Shown here one piece after another: positions 51,490 to 54,809 of a DNA stretch of 54,809 nucleotides (its first letter is position 1; each line of letters starts with the position of its first letter). The notes under the pieces are model-generated. The model did not search any database, had not been told where the DNA came from, and saw only the letters and a program-made list of their open reading frames with translations. Both the position numbers and the translations under genes were made by a program. This DNA is from an uncultured Prevotella sp. (GTDB lineage Bacteria; Bacteroidota; Bacteroidia; Bacteroidales; Bacteroidaceae). The stretch covers positions 1 to 54,809 of the forward strand of contig CALNBT010000053.1 in NCBI GenBank assembly GCA_937874345.1, read 5' to 3'.

Positions 51490-51951
51490 TTATTTATACT
51501 GGTTAATATCAATTGCCTTAGGCTTCTGTGCCTGCTTATCGTGCTCAGAACCTTCAAATACATAAAGGTTACCCAGCAAAGAACGGCCGAGAGGGCCCTT
51601 TGGCAACATACCCTTAACAGCATGACGTACGATCTTATCTACACCATTCTCACGAGTACGAAGCTCTGCAGGAGTATTAAAACGTTGTCCGCCAGGATAA
51701 CCTGTATAACGGGTATAAATCTTATCGGTTTCTTTCTTGCCAGAGAAAACAACCTTATCAGCATTGATAATAATAACATTGTCTCCACAATCAACGTGAG
51801 GAGTGAAAGTTGGTTTGTATTTTCCGCGGAGCAACTTTGCTACTTTTGAGCAAAGACGACCAACGATTTGATCGCTTGCGTCAACTACGACCCACTCTTT
51901 TTTAGCTGTTTCCTTGTTTACAGAAACAGTCTTGTAACTTAAAGTGTTCAT
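51490..51951 (-). CDS. rplM: 50S ribosomal protein L13
   Basis: Motifs WVVVDA, LRGKYKPTFTPHVDCGD, TGYPGG and AVKGMLPK. Confidence 0.98.
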   Translation of the reverse strand: MNTLSYKTVSVNKETAKKEWVVVDASDQIVGRLCSKVAKLLRGKYKPTFTPHVDCGDNVIIINADKVVFSGKKETDKIYTRYTGYPGGQRFNTPAELRTRENGVDKIVRHAVKGMLPKGPLGRSLLGNLYVFEGSEHDKQAQKPKAIDINQYK

Positions 51952-52088
51952 TAATTCCTAAAATTATACTACTAAAAAACGTTTTTTATTCGTACAGACG
52001 ATTCACTAACTGTAGAGCTCGGCCAAAAGCACCACTATTAACACTTCTGCACAGGGGACTCTAAGTCAATCCCCAAATAATCGGTCTG

Positions 52089-52119
52089 CAAAGGTACGTA
52101 TTTTATAAAAGCTGGCAAA
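52089..52119 (-). promoter_or_regulatory. Consensus sigma-A promoter of the rplM operon
   Basis: Minus-strand TTTG (52119-52116), 19-nt spacer, TACCTTTG (52096-52089). Confidence 0.75.
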
Positions 52120-52317
52120 TGAAACAATCGTTATAAATTGACAATTTATGTAATATTAACACAATTATATATTATTAACCTGTTTGCATCAGCCACTTAA
52201 AGAAAGATTAACCGGTTATTGGTACAACAACACCATCTATCCATATGGAAAACGATAATCGACCAATTACAATGAAGATGCGCATTTCAGGAAATCCGAC
52301 CTGCATTCATCTATCAT

Positions 52318-52351
52318 AAAAAAAGCAAGGTATACATTCATACACCTTGCC
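52318..52351 (-). terminator. Terminator after rseP
   Basis: Minus strand GGCAAGGTGTATGAATGTATACCTTGC followed by TTTTTTT. Confidence 0.78.
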
Positions 52352-52397
52352 TTTTCATATGTTTATATGTTGATGGATTATTCCTTCAACTCCAAAT

Positions 52398-53795
52398 CTA
52401 ATATGCCATGATGCCCAACCAGCGTAAAACATCGTTGAGGTTAGCCACAATCATCAGTAACAGCAAGATGCCCAGACCGACATATTCGGCACGAATCATA
52501 AACTTCTCACTAGGTTTACGACGTGTAATCATTTCGTAAATTAGGAAAAGTACATGTCCACCATCCAATGCAGGTATTGGAAGGATGTTCATAAAAGCCA
52601 GGATAATACTCAAAAAAGCTGTCATCAACCAAAAAATGTGCCAATCCCAAACAGGAGGGAATAAACTACCAATAGCACCAAAGCCACCCAACGACTTCAC
52701 GCCCTCAGAAGAGAAGACATATTTCATGTCTCCTACATAACCACCAAGAACATTCCATCCATATTTTATTCCTGCAGGAAAACTTTCGAAGAAGCTATAC
52801 TGTATAATGGTAGGTTTGTAATAAGTAAACAAACTTGTCATACCTACCCCCATTTTCATATCATTACTCAACACCATTTGAGCTGTATCAGCCTTGGTTG
52901 CCAATGGGTTGACAAAGGCGATCGTCGCTGTTCGAATCTTCAAACTGTCTTGTGGGGTTTTAGCACCCATGAGTTCATCACTCAGAACCCCCAATTCGTC
53001 TTGAACGGCATTCCAAGAATCAACAGGATGACCATTCACTCCAATGATACGTGCACCTTTCTCCATCCCGACTTTGGCAGCAGCCAATCCAGGTATAATA
53101 CTATCAACCTCAGAAGGTATAAATGGCATGGCAAAGCGGGGAGTACTCTTGATCATGGTCATCAGGTTGATATCGCCAGGCAAATTAATGCTCATAGGCT
53201 TTCCATCACGGACAATATCGACCCGTTTTGCCGTTGAAAGTTCACGGTACATATCTGCAGAAAAGCCCTTGAAAGTGCCGTTATCAGTACCTACCAATAC
53301 ATCATGGTCATGAAATCCATAAGTTTTAGCCTCCTGGTTGAACTTCATACCCATTTTCATGTCCTTCACCATTATATATGATTCTCCCCAATAGAAAAGA
53401 ACCATTGAATAAATGAAGAGTGCTAACAGAAAATTTACCAAAACGCCACCAACCATAATCAGTAATCGCTGCCATGTTGGTTTTGAACGAAATTCCCATG
53501 GCTCTGCCGGTCTTTTCATTTGTTCGGTGTCCATGCTCTCATCGATCATGCCCGCAATCTTGCAGTATCCACCCAAAGGCAACCATCCTACGCCATAGGT
53601 CGTTTCGCTCTTCTTAGGTTTGAAGCTAAATAAACTACCTTTCCATTTACCGATGCCGACATCGAAAAAAATAAAGAATTTTTCAACCCTTACACCGAAG
53701 AGTTTCGAGAAAAACATATGCCCACCTTCATGAAGAAGGACTAGCAAAGAGATTGCTAATACAAACTGTAATAATCTAATTAAAAATATTTCCAT
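52398..53795 (-). CDS. rseP: RIP metalloprotease RseP (M50) with PDZ domain
   Basis: Motifs HEGGH, WLPLGGY and NILPIPALDGGH; downstream of dxr. Confidence 0.95.
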   Translation of the reverse strand: MEIFLIRLLQFVLAISLLVLLHEGGHMFFSKLFGVRVEKFFIFFDVGIGKWKGSLFSFKPKKSETTYGVGWLPLGGYCKIAGMIDESMDTEQMKRPAEPWEFRSKPTWQRLLIMVGGVLVNFLLALFIYSMVLFYWGESYIMVKDMKMGMKFNQEAKTYGFHDHDVLVGTDNGTFKGFSADMYRELSTAKRVDIVRDGKPMSINLPGDINLMTMIKSTPRFAMPFIPSEVDSIIPGLAAAKVGMEKGARIIGVNGHPVDSWNAVQDELGVLSDELMGAKTPQDSLKIRTATIAFVNPLATKADTAQMVLSNDMKMGVGMTSLFTYYKPTIIQYSFFESFPAGIKYGWNVLGGYVGDMKYVFSSEGVKSLGGFGAIGSLFPPVWDWHIFWLMTAFLSIILAFMNILPIPALDGGHVLFLIYEMITRRKPSEKFMIRAEYVGLGILLLLMIVANLNDVLRWLGIMAY

Positions 53796-53868
53796 TTGAT
53801 GTTAAGGAATTAGAGGAGCGATAGCAGCTACTTCATTGTCGAAGCGAGTAATCTACTTCTCCATTTTG

Positions 53869-54809
53869 TTAGTTCAATAATTCTTGCGCGATCAAGCGTG
53901 CTTGTTTATCTGTTTCAACGTATACATCATATTCTGGTGATGCACTGAAGCTTACGCGCTGCATTGTTTTTTCTATAATGTCACCCATAGCCAGGAAGGA
54001 GCAATTCCCATGCCTAAAAGCCTCATTCACGACCTCGTTTGCCGCGTTGACAGCACAAGGCATATTGCCACCTTGTTTAATAGCTTCATAGGATAAGGCA
54101 AGGCATTTAAATTTTCCCAAGTCTGGTTCAAAGAATTCTAATGGCTGTTTAAACAAATCCAATCGTTCTCCCTTTAAAGGCAACCGTTCGGGAAACGAAA
54201 AAGCATATTGGATGGGCACCCTCATGTCGGGAACGCCCAACTGTGCTTTAATGGCACCATCTTCAAATTGCACAGCACTGTGTACGATACTTTGCGGATG
54301 AATCAGTACCTGTATCTTCTCATAAGGCACACCGAAGAGCCATTTTGCTTCAATGACCTCGAATCCCTTGTTCATCATGGATGCCGAATCGATGGTAATT
54401 TTGGCACCCATGTCCCATGTAGGATGTTTCAAGGCAGCTGCAGCCGTAACCGTTCGCATCTGTTCGAGCGAATATTGACGGAAAGGACCGCCGCTAGCCG
54501 TCAAAAGAATCTTCTCAATTTCATGATCTTCCTCGCCGACAAGCGATTGAAAGATGGCGCTGTGCTCAGAGTCAACAGGCAAGATAGGCGAATGATATTG
54601 TTGAGCCAACACAGATATCAGTTCACCCGCCACGACCAGAGTCTCTTTATTAGCCAAACAAATCTTCTTATGCGCCTTGATTGCATGGATCGTTGGCGAA
54701 AGGCCAGCAAAGCCAACCAATGCCGTCAGCACGATATCAATGGGCTCAGCCTCGACAATTTCATCCAGAGCATGTTTCCCAGCATACACTTTGATATCAG
54801 GACAATCTT
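53869..54809 (-). CDS. dxr: 1-deoxy-D-xylulose 5-phosphate reductoisomerase (5' end outside the window)
   Basis: Motifs LANKETLV, PVDSEHSA, LTASGGPF, HPTWDMG.KITIDSA and NKGFE. The frame stays open to the window edge, so the GTG at 54789 is not the real start. Confidence 0.96.
   Translation of the reverse strand, partial: DCPDIKVYAGKHALDEIVEAEPIDIVLTALVGFAGLSPTIHAIKAHKKICLANKETLVVAGELISVLAQQYHSPILPVDSEHSAIFQSLVGEEDHEIEKILLTASGGPFRQYSLEQMRTVTAAAALKHPTWDMGAKITIDSASMMNKGFEVIEAKWLFGVPYEKIQVLIHPQSIVHSAVQFEDGAIKAQLGVPDMRVPIQYAFSFPERLPLKGERLDLFKQPLEFFEPDLGKFKCLALSYEAIKQGGNMPCAVNAANEVVNEAFRHGNCSFLAMGDIIEKTMQRVSFSASPEYDVYVETDKQARLIAQELLN

Overview
This window looks like a Bacteroidales chromosome segment, most likely Prevotellaceae, judging from the TAnnTTTG promoters, SusC/SusD genes, PorU/PorV and short Prevotella-type T9SS tails. 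Positions ~0.4-23.5 kb hold a starch/alpha-glucan utilisation locus. Its leftward arm encodes a LacI regulator, an MFS sugar permease, a GH77 4-alpha-glucanotransferase, a GH97 SusB, a type I pullulanase and SusA. Its rightward arm encodes susCDEF, a GH53 galactanase and a multidomain secreted GH13 amylase. No SusR or lipoprotein SusG is present. The rest is mostly housekeeping: a MacAB-like ABC cassette, a TlpA-like redoxin, an ABC exporter, nadK, a DJ-1 protein, ispD, recG, an M23/LysM peptidase, two glycosyltransferases, a tandem retropepsin protease, a small lipoprotein, FAH-porU-porV-ispF, rplM-rpsI-rpsB-tsf, rseP and a partial dxr. The most interesting signals are non-coding. (1) A stand-alone ~190-nt promoter-to-terminator unit with no ORF (39.66-39.86 kb) is a candidate sRNA. 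Its repeated UUUAGGU motifs are complementary to the leaders of three starch-locus genes. (2) A LacI-type palindrome, TGCAA(A/T)CGTTTGCA, sits exactly 62 bp upstream of the -7 box at three promoters (once symmetrically between two divergent promoters) and possibly a fourth, which suggests activator geometry. (3) There is a degenerate 22-bp tandem repeat, plus structured leaders upstream of susC, rpsB and rplM. No CRISPR array, rRNA, tRNA or intact mobile element was seen. All calls come from reading the sequence; no searches were run.
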